A DNA stretch of 64,000 nt from Eledone cirrhosa (taxonomy: Eukaryota). Under the pieces are notes generated by a model that worked only from the letters and a program-made list of their open reading frames with translations, had not been told where the DNA came from and ran no database searches. Every line of letters starts with the position of its first letter. Positions within the stretch are counted from its first letter, which is position 1. A program made the translations under genes and the position numbers. Positions 39,970 to 53,704 of this stretch are shown piece by piece. Location of the stretch: assembly GCA_964016885.1 (NCBI GenBank), contig OZ024743.1:349184001-349248000 (forward strand), written 5' to 3'.

Positions 39970-40056
39970 CCCGAAGGGTGAGTTACTGCCGTTTTAACAT
40001 CTAGATGCGAACCGTTCGGATCTAGCTGCTGAAACGGCAAGAGCTCAGCCGTCGGG
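39970..40056. other. About 87-nt imperfect hairpin followed by (CTA)n
   Basis: CCCGAAGGGTGAGTTACTGCCGTTTTAACATCTAGATGCGAAC pairs with GTTCGGATCTAGCTGCTGAAACGGCAAGAGCTCAGCCGTCGGG. Confidence 0.8.
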
Positions 40057-40075
40057 CTACTACTACTACAACTAT

Positions 40076-40126
<51 letters not shown>

Positions 40127-41256
40127 CATTGTTATTATATGATGTAGTTGCTGATCGTGTATAACTATGATTGTTGACGCTTCAGCCATGACCATCTCAT
40201 CATTTTCTTATCCAAATATTATCATAAGAGCCCTTCCTTATTTGAAATGGTCCGTATCAGTATATGTCTCTCATCTTTTCTGTCGGTCTGTCATTCTTTT
40301 TTTCGGTTTCAACCTATCTTTCCTTTTCGTCTATTTTATTTATGTATTTTTTTTTTCTTTCATTACTTTTCTTTTTCTCTTCTTTCTTTCTTTCTTTCTT
40401 TCTTTATTTATTTATTTCTGTTTTTGTTATTCATTTCTCCCACTCAGTCCAACCTTCATTCATTTATCTTTTTTGTTCCTTTCCACCTTTCTTTACTCAT
40501 GTGTTTCTCTTTCTTTATTTCTTCTTTTCTATTCTTCTTTTCTTTATATAAGTATCTTGCTTTTCTCCTTTTTTCTCTATATATATTTTTTTCTTTCTCC
40601 TTCTTTTCCTGTCTATGTTCCGTTCTTTCTTTCATCTTGTCTTTCTTTTGTTCTACTTTAGTTTGCTTTCTTTTGTAGTAATTATTTTGTAACGTACGTG
40701 ATATTGTTTTTGTTATTGTTATTGTTCTTGCTTTTTTCATTCATACCTCTTCCTTTTCCATCCCCCCACTTATTCATCCTCTCGAAATCTCCGCATCCCA
40801 AATGAAACTCAAACATGATGTAAGCAGCAGAGCGGATATAATTGACCAAATATTACTTTGCCTTGTCTTTTACGCTCCAGATGTCGGAGGTTGATGTCCA
40901 GAGCTAATGATTCTAGACACAACTATGAAATTACCAGTGTTGATCTCTCACAGATTAACATAGGACTGAAGAGCTAGTGCTAGATGACTAAGTAATGTAG
41001 GTAGGTGGGATGCGTTAGAGAAAAGCTGTTAGAGAGGAAGCCGAGAAGAGTAATTACAAAAAGAAAGAATAAAAGATTGTTAGAGAGCATGAAGGGAATG
41101 AAGTAAATGAGAAATGTAATAAGAGAAGGAAGTGGGCTCTAAAGAACGAAAGCATGGAGATTTTTGAATAGAAAGAGTGAATACGAGGATTGAATGCTAG
41201 ATTCGTAGATAGTTATAAACACATACACACACACATATATATAAGTGTATAAGTGC

Positions 41257-41302
<46 letters not shown>

Positions 41303-41380
41303 AAACATATGTATATGTACAAACATGTATTATAGACACACTCACATATATATATGTGTGTGCGTATACATGCAAATATC

Positions 41381-41411
<31 letters not shown>

Positions 41412-41420
41412 GTATATATG

Positions 41421-41521
<101 letters not shown>

Positions 41522-41560
41522 TATAGACACACACACATATATGTATGTGTGTGTGTGTAT

Positions 41561-41606
<46 letters not shown>

Positions 41607-41607
41607 G

Positions 41608-41640
<33 letters not shown>

Positions 41641-41689
41641 GTATATATATATTATAGACACACACACATATATGTATGTGTGTGTGTGT

Positions 41690-41727
<38 letters not shown>

Positions 41728-41795
41728 TAGCGAGAATCGTATTTCGGCTTGGGAAATTATCGAAAACAACTTCCGAGATGTGTGGCAAGCGCTCC

Positions 41796-41835
<40 letters not shown>

Positions 41836-41904
41836 GTATATATTGAATTAGGAACTCTTACAACAAAGTAGCTCTAAGAAAGAGATATGTCTGAGCCCCG
41901 TATA

Positions 41905-41969
<65 letters not shown>

Positions 41970-42002
41970 CTGCCTCTCTGTTCTGTCCCTGTTCAATTTT
42001 TC

Positions 42003-42067
<65 letters not shown>

Positions 42068-42263
42068 GTATACGTACATGTACAGACGTACAGTACTATG
42101 TATACAGTACTATGTATATACATTTATAATACTATGTATATACAGTACTATGTATATACATTTATGATAAGATTCGGTTTGTTTGTAAACAAACAGCCCG
42201 AATTACGCCGTACAGTGCTCGGCAACCATCGTCGCCCTTTTGTTCAACACTGACACAGGAACG

Positions 42264-42300
42264 ATGTACTAGTTTCAAGCTTATTAGCTATCATCAGCAA
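42264..42300 (-). ncRNA. Minimal hammerhead ribozyme (canonical core)
   Basis: uug-CUGAUGA-u-agcu(aaua)agcu-u-GAAA-cuag-UA^cau. Stem III is the palindrome ACUAGU. Confidence 0.78.
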
Positions 42301-42324
42301 TGTATACCTTTCTGTCAGATGAGG

Positions 42325-42535
42325 AACGTTTGAAAGTATGTACTTTCCTTATGCATATTAATGGCTGAGCAGCCTAATTTGCATATCGAGTGAGTTAATC
42401 GACCGGGTGTACCGAAAACGTTCATTCTTTTCCATTTATCTTTTTCGGTACGCCCGGCCGACTAACTCCCTCGATATGCAAATTATGCTGCTCAGCCGTT
42501 AACATGCATAAGGAAAATACACACATTCAAACGTT
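42325..42535. repeat. Inverted repeat (arms 42325-42418 and 42442-42535) nested in an outer inverted repeat (42159-42183 and 42537-42561)
   Basis: Direct reverse-complement match with several mismatches. Confidence 0.88.
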
Positions 42536-42561
42536 CAATCAAACCGAACATTATAATAAAT

Positions 42562-43395
42562 GTCCGCCGTCTCCAACAGACCAGTGTCTGTCCTTAGGGC
42601 GTCAACATACGTTAACCTTGGTCTTCCTCTTCCCGTGTGTCCGTGTAGGGGCTCCCACAGGAGCACTGAGTGCAATGTCAACTCTGGATGTCGGTGAGCA
42701 TGTCCAGCAAACCTCAGTCTCCTCTGTGTCACTTTTGAGCTGACGTTTAGGAGGCTCCCATAGAGCTCTGAGTTTTTTATCCTCAGTGTATACTGATTAA
42801 TGTTCAGAGCCATCCTCAGCGTTCTCGTGTTACACCCATCCACCATATCAGTGAGTTTCTTGGTCAGTGTCCAGGTCTCAGACCCGTACAGCAGCACAGA
42901 CTCCACTACAGCAATGAAGAGGCGGATTTTCAGGTCTTTACGAAGGTCCGACTGGCACACCGATCTCAAACAGTGGCACGCGGCCCAGGCTTTGCTCTTC
43001 CTCTCAACCACATCATCTTCCGTATTCCCAATCTTTGCTCCCAAATACAGGAACTCCTCAACCAATTCTAGTGGCTTCCCGTCTACATTAGTGATCCCCT
43101 CTGTCTTCTCAACATTCTCTACCAGATATTTTGTTTTAGTCTCATTCATTCTCAGCCCCACACTCATCAACACAGTCTCAACCTTCTGCATCAAATTCTC
43201 TGCCTACTTCACTATATTTGTCACCAAATCTATGTCGTCGGCAAATTCAGCATCCGATATTATTTTCGCCTTAAATCTCCTGCTCTGAGCCGGTGCTACA
43301 GTAAAGCCAGTTTCTCCAGTGCAAGGCGCATACAGTAGTCCACTGCGATGATAAAAAGGTAGGGAGCCAATGTATCTCCCTGTAGCACTCCAGTA
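42562..43395 (-). pseudogene. RTE-clade LINE RT C-terminal half (5'-truncated)
   Basis: GVLQGDTLAP, EFADDIDL, GLRMNETKT, FLYLG, IRLFIAVVESVLLYGSETWTL, RRLRFAGH, GRPRLTY. Confidence 0.93.
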
Positions 43396-43433
43396 TCTCA
43401 AAGAACTCTGTCATCCATATATATGTGTATGTA

Positions 43434-43469
<36 letters not shown>

Positions 43470-43507
43470 TAATATATATAATATATATATATATTACATT
43501 ATATATA

Positions 43508-43754
43508 GGCCGGTGTATTGGCAGTATCGGTAGAAAGTCGGACGACATGCTGTGACGCATAAAGTTACGGCCTAGTAACAATTATATTTAATATAATTGT
43601 TTCTACTTTTGGCTCAAGGCCAGCAATTACTCAGTGTATTACTGGTACTTTATTTTATCGACCTCATGAGGATGAAAGGCAAAGTTAACCTCGGCGGGAT
43701 TTGAACTCAGAATGCGTCAAAGCAAGGCGTCCGAACCTCTACCGATACTGCCAA
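43508..43754. mobile_element. SINE family 1 head (+, 43508-43572) facing a minus-strand copy (43595-43754)
   Basis: Consensus matches in opposite orientations. Confidence 0.82.
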
Positions 43755-43964
43755 TAGTAATACTAATATATATATATATAGTAATAATAATAATAAATAT
43801 GAAGACTTAAATCCGAAGAGGGGTTCAATAAGGATAATATATATAAATATATATAAAATTCGTAGAGTAAATATTTATTAAAATAACTGATTAAATTTTA
43901 AGCAAAATTTAAGAAGATCTTGTTACGGGTGAAAGCAGCGAATCTTTGCTTAAACTTTGATCTG

Positions 43965-44038
<74 letters not shown>

Positions 44039-44041
<3 letters not shown>

Positions 44042-44400
44042 AAAGTTCTATTTAAAATTGTTGGGATACAACAAGTAAATATTTTTATAACTGATATAAA
44101 GCACTCGACAAGTATTTGGAGTAGATATACGATATTAATAAATGGAAACTATATTTATAAAACCATATTTACTTCATTATACATATTTCTGGGATACCAA
44201 ATTAAATTATGGTATGCCTTCATCAGACAAAATACAATATATAACAATTTTACAAATAAGCTTTGACGTACCCTTTTAAAATGCAACCATTATTTTTGGA
44301 AGCCATCTGGATAGTGAATTGTTTATATTATTTTAATAAGTCTTAGTGTTAAGGACAATTAGAAAAAGACGGAGAGAAAGAAAAAAGACGGAGAGAGAGA
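44039..44400 (-). mobile_element. Hammerhead cassette abutting (TA)n (ribozyme at about 44178-44230)
   Basis: CUGAUGA-aggcauacca..ugguauccca-GAAA-uaugUA. Near-identical to the 13.7-14.1 kb element. Confidence 0.8.
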
Positions 44401-45954
44401 AAAAAAGAAAAAGAAAAAACGTGGAGAAATATCGGAGAGAGAGAAATGCATGGAGAAAAAAGAGAGAGATAAATAAAGACAGGAGGAAAGAAAGAAAAAA
44501 GAAAAAAGGAAGAAATAAGAAAAACAGAGGAAAGCAACAGAGAGCTATCAAGTCATCAGACAGATAGAAAGACTCAAGAGAGAGAAATAATATATAGAGA
44601 GAGGGGGAGATAATGAAAACTTTACGTCATGTCATATTAAGTTGAGTTAACAATTTATATGAAATGAATAATAAAAATATAAATATTAATATTCATGAAT
44701 GGGTCATAAATATATAGTATGAGAAATTAAACATTGTTTAATAATGATTATATGTTTAGTTTAAAACTTGAGATCGATATACTAAAATTTGAGAAACCAC
44801 TATCTTACGGCAAAGATAGACAAATATATATATATATATATATATATACACACGTCCTGAAAATAGAAATTATATCTACTCTGGTCTACAATATAGACAT
44901 ACAAAACGCAAATGATTTCTCTTAATCACTGCTATACATTCCTTGTGTTATAAAAAGTTCACAGTATATATACATAAATATATACGATTAACATTCATGC
45001 CTTCATATATACGATTACCATTCATGCATTTAACATTCTGTTAAAATTATGCATATCTGCAATCAAAACTGCGTGGGTGGGCATGCACACACATAACTCT
45101 CACCCACACATATACATATACATATATATATATACACATACATATGTATAAATAAATATTTGCGTGCGTCTTCACCAATTGTTAGACCCGCATCGCTCAT
45201 GTACACATACAGACAGATATACAACCATAAAAAAACATATAACACTTTTATATGCATGTTAATACACACATACACATTTGTATAGAGATAATCAAATATC
45301 AATATATTACTAAAGGATTATACTTTGGAAATATAATTATAACAATATAAATTTAAAATACCAAAGGATTACATTTTGGAAATACAATTATATCAGTATA
45401 GTCTAAAGGACAAACGAATTCTAGAAATATCAAAACATTAAATATCTTTAAAAACACTATAGACTATCTTAAGTTAAAATAATATGTTTCATATATTTAG
45501 TATACAAATTTATCCTACGTATATTTTAATCAAGATATTGAAAGGGTAGACTTATGAAAATTATGAGAAGCTATCAGAATCAAAACAAACCTAATAAAAA
45601 TAAATAAAAATAAAAATAAAATTAAAAATAAAAATAAAAATAAAAATTAAAAGTTAAATAAATATTATATCAATATAATTTAAAAATTTAAAAATTTTAA
45701 AAAGTTAAAAAAATTTAAAAGTTAAAAATTTAAAAAATTTAAAAAAGCCAAGGATTCTACAGATATCCTTATATTTAGTATAGAAATTTATCTTACGTAT
45801 ATTTTATTTAAGACATTGGAAGTATAAACATTTTAGAGTAGTTTCTAATATCTATGTTTATATTTAGGAAGAAAATTTAAAAAGAAAAAGGTGAAGGAAT
45901 CTAATGATTTATCGACAGGTTTCATATATTAACTAAATTACTTAATTACTTATA

Positions 45955-46935
45955 CTACATTTTAAATTTATATTTATATTTAAACGTTGAGTTGAATCTA
46001 TGTCTGCAGCAACTGAATAAATTATTCCTTAAATTAAGGGAATTTTTGGACTTTAATATAAAGAATATTTCTTCAATACAGAGATCACAATTTTCTGAAG
46101 AGGAATTAAAAGGAGTAGCTTTTGGAATAATATTCCAAGTCATCGAATATTTAACTTTATCTCGTTTAAGGTCCCATAGTAGGCTAGATAGCGAAGTTGA
46201 AGATTTTTTGTTTGGATCTGTGAAAGAATTTTTATGATTATTGAAGCGAAATTTTAATCTGTAGAGGTAGAACCGACATAGTTAAATGAATTTAAATTAG
46301 TTTTAACATTACAATTGTACACTACATTTTTAGCTAAGCAGTTTTTACTTAACGGACAGTTAGATTTATTTCTACAGTTACAGTTATTCAATTGAATATT
46401 GCTTGGGTTATTATTGGTATTTTGGTTAGGTTTTAAGTTTCTATTATTAATTCTATTAATATTTTGTGCTAAATGTTTGGTGGACGAGTAAGTTAATTTT
46501 ATAGTATGTCTATTAAAAATTGAGTAATATTTATGTGTTCTAGGGAAGCGTTTGTCAAGAGCTTTAAAGAATAGTTTAGCAATAGGGGTTTTAATATTTA
46601 GTGAGAAAGGGGGAGCAAACCATAATATATTTCTAGTTCTATTTCTTTTTCGGCTTTTGGAATTATTGTAATGTTTTCTATTATAGTTGTTAAAGTTGTT
46701 ACCATAATTAAAATTGTTATTGTTTTGGTTAGTTTGCTTATTATTATTATTATCGATGTATTTAATTTTATTTCTATATCCAGCTCTACCTAACGCTTCG
46801 TTGTAATACTGCGCTTTTTTATCAAATATATTTTTATTAGATGAAATTCTTGAAATTCGTTCTTGAACAGAGTTCACTATAGTATTTCTAACAGATCTGG
46901 GGTGATTAGAGTTAAAATTAACATAGCTGAGAATA
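45955..46935 (-). pseudogene. 5'-truncated Penelope-like element (thumb, Cys motif, GIY-YIG), one frameshift near 46255
   Basis: SNHPRS, ILWFAPPFS, IFNRHTIKLTYS, CNCR..CPL..C..NVVY..YVGST, then RFNNHKNSF..LS..LWDLK..CDLC.EE..LN.R..CCRH. Confidence 0.92.
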
Positions 46936-48691
46936 GACTCCCTGATGACGTAAGGCTTCTCTATGGATACACTCCGTAACCATATTTATCCCCTTACAAA
47001 AACTAATTAGTTGGAGTGAAATTTTAGTAAGTAAGTCAATTTTCATAACTTTCTTATTTACGTCTTTCATATAATTGTTCTGCATCCCCTTGCATAGAAC
47101 CACAAAGTTACTAAGACAAAACATATATATTTGCTAGCATAGGTATGCATCTGTATACATATGTCGGTAGATATACTTATTCTTTATATATATATATATA
47201 TACAGAGAGAGAGAGAGAGAAAGTGGAATTGGAAATACCAGGAAAAGACATTTGATCAGGATGTCACATCGTGGGAACGAACCTGGATCCTAGTGATTAT
47301 GAAGTGAAACTCTTAACCATTCGACCATTGCTCTGTATGTTGTATCTTCATTGTATCTTTCACAATTGTATTTAGAAACCCTTATTCAGGAAAATGGTGG
47401 CTATTAGCCAGAACATAAGCTGTGTCACTGACTCAACTACACAAGAGTTACCAAAGACTTACATGAGACTTTAACTAAAAATAACTCTGATTGAACAAAG
47501 ATATGATCAAAATTATTCCTAGCACGACCATGGCAATGTTCCTCTATTGTGCATATTATTTCTTACCAAGGTCTAAAGATTGACATGATTACATATTGTA
47601 ATATACTATACAGTGGACCCGCATCTTACAAGATCAATTAATATCCCAACGACATTATTAATAATCACGTATGTTCATGATTCTTAAGTAAAATTGCGTC
47701 TGTACGTCTTAGAAATCTTCTGAAGTGCATGATACCGTTAGTGTTTAAATTTTATCTCTAGCTGATGAGGTTGTATCTGAAAAAGGTCGTTAAGAAATTT
47801 GCAGATCTTTTCGTGTGTTTCTTAAACATTTTCTAAATGCGTATTTTCCAAACCGCACTATTTAATGTCGAGTAAGATGTGTCCCTACAATACAGACAAA
47901 ATTTATGCAGAAATACCATAGTAAACAGTAAAGAAGTCATTAAGTGTGTGAAATCTCAGGCTTTCAAATATGATTTATCTTACAATACATTGTTTGTCAT
48001 CAAATTTATTCAGACTAGGCACAATATCTGCAGAATTGTTGCGATGAGATTATAACCCTTTTCAAATAATGTTACAGGTTTATGTAAAATGGAATATGTT
48101 AACCCATGAATCGAAACGAAGTTGCAAGTTCAACGCCTCGAAATTATTATTTTTATTCTTACTCAACATGAAATGTCACCACATATATAATCGTATATTC
48201 AACATCTAAAAGATACGAGTAGGTGAAAAAGGAAAACATTAAAGAGAAAAAAAAATTGAATGTACGAACAAAAAAGAAGACGAAAAATACTGAAAAACAT
48301 ATGGACTGCCTTATGTAGCAGATAATTCCACAATAAATTCTTAGTTGGTTTTTTTATTATTATGAAACAAGATTTACTTTGTAATTTCTTTTCTTATTTT
48401 TATCCATTGTCTTTTATCTTTTTTATAATTTTGTTTCTCGTTCAAGATTTTATGGTGTAATAATGTCCCTATAACACTAACAAAAAATAAACAAACAACG
48501 AATCTAAGATCATTAACCAACATGATGTATCATAGATAAAGTATTGTATAATGACTCATGTTATCAAGGCAAGAAACTTTGAAACTCAATTTTAAAAAGT
48601 AACAATTAAATTTTAAACATCTTATGAGGTGAGCTTAAAACATAGGAATATTTGACACCCGGAAGTGTCTTGTATAGTTATGTAGTAATCC

Positions 48692-49224
<533 letters not shown>

Positions 49225-49358
49225 GAATTAAAATACTAGAGTGTGTGAGAATTAAACACCCTCTTCGTATTATAGAAATGACAGTATAAGATATAGCTCT
49301 ATGTAATTAAAGAGAGCCGAAGAATTATAAAAAATAAACCAATATATATGTATGTATT

Positions 49359-49389
<31 letters not shown>

Positions 49390-49629
49390 GTATGTACACA
49401 CACATATGCACACACACAGACACATGCACACACATTTGCATATATATATATGTATATATAGGCCTGCATAGGTGTCAATATATGTGCATGTTGTATATGT
49501 TTGATAACTAATGTAACGCAGGTTTTGGTACGCGAATGAGACTAACACAAATCATGCACTAATAAACAAAAGAAAAAAGGTATTTATTTAACACTCATAT
49601 AAATATATATGTATATATATTTATACACA

Positions 49630-49676
<47 letters not shown>

Positions 49677-49826
49677 GTGTGCGTGTTTAGCTGCGTGTGT
49701 TTTTATATGCAAGCAATTGTATATTTGTGTGTGTGCGTAAGTAGTACATGTGCATCTGTTCGTGTACACACACATACACACACAGACATACAAATATAAC
49801 TATTTTTATATCTCTATCTATCTTTA

Positions 49827-49918
<92 letters not shown>

Positions 49919-49978
49919 AACGGAAAAAATGAAATGAAATGAAATTTCCCACACTTAGTACAGCTGTTACTTAAATAT

Positions 49979-50276
49979 AAGTATGTACACGTACATACAT
50001 ATATGTATACAGACGTACAGTAGTATGTATATATATATACATACATGCACACATATATATATGTATGTATGGATTCACCAAACATTTATTATAATGATCG
50101 GTGTGTTTGTAAACAAACATCCCGTATTAAGCCGTAGTGTCCAGCAACCATCGTTGCATTATAATAAATGTTCGGTGAATCCATACGTACATATATATAT
50201 GTGTGCATGTATGTATATATATATATACATAATACTGTACGTCTGTATACATATATGTTTGTACGTGTACACACTT
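49979..50276. repeat. Fold-back inverted repeat (arms 49979-50096 and 50157-50276)
   Basis: Arms are reverse-complementary. The loop is homologous to 42160-42235. Confidence 0.88.
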
Positions 50277-50390
50277 ATATATATATATATATATATATAT
50301 TCGGAAAATATTGATTTGGTATAAACAGGAGTAAGCAGGAGAAAGCTCTCAACAATCGTTGTTTTTGTTACGATGGAGAATTTTATAAAA

Positions 50391-51383
50391 ATAATAAAAT
50401 AAGATGCTGAGGTTACATATATTGTTTAATCATAATAATTATTTCTACGGTTCTCCATGCAATCGAGATGTCCTTCATGCATTTGCTGTTGATTATGAGA
50501 ACGGTTTCCTCAGATGAAGATCGATATATTTGATATGGCTTTGCAGGAAAACACACATCCTAATGCCTGTACGCCCAGCATACATATGAGTTCCTTGAAT
50601 GGTTTGCAAGCCGTCGCATTTGTTAGAAAAAGCTATCACCCCAAAAAGTCGAAAACAACGAAGAACCGTGTGTAACCAAAACCGAGTAGACAGTTGAAGG
50701 AACACAAGGAGCTCTGAGGGGGGTGGGGTTATACATTTAGTTGACGACCACCCATCGACAACAACAACAACGACAACTACAACAACAACAACATCAAACC
50801 TTCGAGCATAGTTATCCTCACTGGTCGCAATAGTCGTGCTGATACCATCATCGTATTGACAACAACAACTAAAACAACAGCTACAGTAAAAAACACTTAC
50901 AACGACAAAACAAACAAACGACAACCGTACGACTATTGCGACCAGTGTGGATAACTTTGGTCGGCGGTTTGATGTTATTGTCATTGTTGTTGTTGTCATT
51001 GTCGTTGTCGTTGTTGTTGTTGTCAATAGGTGGTCGTCAACTAAATGTATACCCCACCCCCTCAGAGCTCCTTGTGTTCCTTCAGCTGTCTACTGCGTTT
51101 TGGTTACACACGGTTCTTCGTTCTTTTCGCCTTTTTGGGGTGATAGCTTTTTCTAACAAGGGCGACGGCTTGCAAACCATTCAAGGAACTCATATGTATG
51201 CTGGGCGTACAGGCATTAGGATGTGTGTTTTTCCTGCAAAGCCATATCAAATACATCGATCTTCATCTGAGGAAACCGTTCTCATAATCAACAGCAAATG
51301 CATAAAGGATATCTCGATTGCATGGAGAACCGTAGAATTAATTATTATGATTAAACGATATATGTAACCTCAGCATCTTATTT

Positions 51384-51389
<6 letters not shown>
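50391..51389. repeat. Large fold-back inverted repeat (arms about 50391-50838 and 50929-51389)
   Basis: About 450-bp arms, reflected in mirror-image ORFs 50493..51026(-) and 50936..51367(+). Ends at (TA)n. Confidence 0.95.
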
Positions 51390-51447
<58 letters not shown>

Positions 51448-51516
51448 AAAAAGAGATGAAATCGAAAATGCAACTGGAGTCTTATTTTTTTTTTAAATAT
51501 ATATATTTATTTGGTT

Positions 51517-51554
51517 CCTTTACCGGTTTCGCAGTTCTTCTGCTTTTCAAAAGG
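51517..51554 (-). ncRNA. Minimal hammerhead, U3-A8 variant (left arm)
   Basis: ccuu-UUGAAAA-gcag(aagaa)cugc-GAAA-ccgg-UA^aagg. Confidence 0.85.
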
Positions 51555-51596
51555 TGAGTTGAGATGGAGGGTCTGTGGTTTCTCCATCTCAACACA

Positions 51597-51634
51597 CCTT
51601 TTGAAAAGCAGAAGAACTGCGAAACCGGTAAAGG
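51597..51634 (+). ncRNA. Minimal hammerhead, U3-A8 variant (right arm)
   Basis: CCTT-TTGAAAA-GCAG(AAGAA)CTGC-GAAA-CCGG-TA^AAGG. Perfect stems I and II, palindromic stem III ACCGGU. Confidence 0.85.
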
Positions 51635-51765
51635 AACCAAATAAATATATATATTTTTTAAAAAAATAAGACTCCAGTTGCATTTTCGATTTCATCTCTT
51701 TTTCTTTATACTTTCACTCGTGTAGGACACCTCGGTTATTTTTCATTTTGTAAAAAAATCCTCAC

Positions 51766-51806
<41 letters not shown>

Positions 51807-51810
51807 GAGA

Positions 51811-51851
<41 letters not shown>

Positions 51852-51947
51852 GCATATATATATACACACATATATATCTGCATATATATATATGTGTATA
51901 TATATATATATATATACACACACACATATATATATACACACACACGC

Positions 51948-51982
<35 letters not shown>

Positions 51983-51983
<1 letters not shown>

Positions 51984-52742
51984 CGCAGGTAATATTCCCG
52001 AGATCCATGGACGAGTGCTCTTCAGCGGTCTCTGTCCCTCATTATCGCTGTTATGTCCTGCGTCGCCAACAGACAAGTGTCTGTCCTTCGAGCATCAACA
52101 TATGTTAACTTCCGTCTTCCTGCTGCAGTGTGTCTATCCAGTGGCTCCCACAGGCGCACTGAGTACAGTGTCGGTGAGCATGTCCAGCTAACCCCAATCT
52201 ACTCTGTGTCACTTTTCAGCTGACTTTTGGGAGGCTCCCGTACAGCTCTGAGTTCTTCAACCTCAGTGTATGCTGATTAATGTTCAGAGACATCCTCAGC
52301 ATTCTCGTGTAGTACCCATCCACCATCAGAGCAGGAGAGTTAAGGCAAAAAATATATAGGATGCTGAATTTGCCGACGACATAGTTTCGGTGACAAACAC
52401 AGTGAAGGAGGCAGAGGAGTTCATGCAGGAGGTGGAGACTCTGTCGATGAGTGTGGGGCTGAGAATGAATGAGATTAAGTCAAAATATCTGGTAGAGAAT
52501 ATTAAGAAGCCAGAGAAGATTACTAATATAGGCGGGAAGCCGCTAGAATTGGTTGAGGACTTCCTGTATTTGGGAGCAAAGATTGGGAATACGGCGTGCA
52601 CAGCTTAAGATCGGTGTGGAAGTCGGACCTTCGTAAAGACCTGAAGATCCGCCTTTTCGTTGGTGTATTGTAGTCTGTGCTGCTGTACGGGTCTAAGACT
52701 TGGACACTGACCAAGAAACTCACTCACATAGTGGATGGGTGC
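51983..52742. mobile_element. RTE-clade LINE fragment with 5' inversion, inserted in (TA)n
   Basis: 51983-52326 is the 3' end on the minus strand. 52327-52742 is the upstream RT part on the plus strand (EFADDIV, GLRMNE, FLYLGAKI). Same family as 42562-43395. Confidence 0.9.
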
Positions 52743-52746
52743 TATA

Positions 52747-52806
<60 letters not shown>

Positions 52807-52833
52807 TACACGCATTCATTTTAAATCTGTTGT

Positions 52834-53019
52834 TCTGGAGTGAATCATCCCACTCCAATACATGGAACCTGGTAATCCGCATTGAACAGTATACTTCAGT
52901 ATCGGAGGAAAAAGTATTGGAAATACAGAGAGAAACTGTTATGTCATTTATGTAATCGGCTGGCTGTTCTCTGTGGATTACCATGTTCTATGTATTGGAG
53001 TGGGATGATTCACTCCAGA
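52834..53019. repeat. Inverted repeat (arms 52834-52889 and 52964-53019)
   Basis: TCTGGAGTGAATCATCCCACTCCAATACAT and its reverse complement. Confidence 0.88.
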
Positions 53020-53672
53020 TCTAAAAGGATGGACACCATATATATGTGTTTATAGTTTTGTATATATGTGCATCTTCTATAAATTCGTGGTATACTCCCT
53101 CACGGTTGAGTAAAATATTAGGCTGAAAATGATTGCTTCTAACAGCTGTTACACGACCATAGTCCAGCCTTGACTACTCTTCTTGATGACCATAAACTAC
53201 GTGATATTTTCCCTTTTGAAAATATCACTTGCATCGAATTGTTTCTTCAATTAGGGCGTCTCATTAAAAGCAGGATCATCACAACTATGAATGAACACCA
53301 CTGGACGAAACTGCTGTCGGGACATTCACGTAATATTAGGTAAATTTTCATCTCATTTGCTTTCCCACATATAATTTGATAACGCTATAACCAATTGATT
53401 ATTTATTCAATTGATTCACCGAGCAAAACTGATACATGACAGGTAACCTTTGCACAAGTGCAAATGCCACATTACGAATGTACACTTTATGAGCACATTG
53501 AAACAGGTTTTGCTCGATACACGTTTAAACCATATCTTAATGAATGTATAAATGTGAACAAGCGGGATTATAGCTAATACTAACACTAACCTGGTCAATA
53601 TATATATATATATGAGTGCATGTGTGTCTCTGTGTGTGTGTGTGAGTGTTCTACAATTTTGTTCTCTCTCTC

Positions 53673-53704
<32 letters not shown>

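Noticed and set aside
43895-43952. AAGCAAA..GAAA..TTTGCTT hammerhead-like fold
   Set aside because: Stem I is plausible, but the core (TTTAAGA) is too degenerate.
46941-46985. CTGATGA at the 5' truncation point of the PLE, opposite strand
   Set aside because: No GAAA or stem II found, and no matching copy in the element's 3' region.
47758-47793. CTGATGA-GGTTGTATCT-GAAA-AAGG-TC
   Set aside because: Core words are present but stems I-III are weak. It could be chance or a decayed copy.
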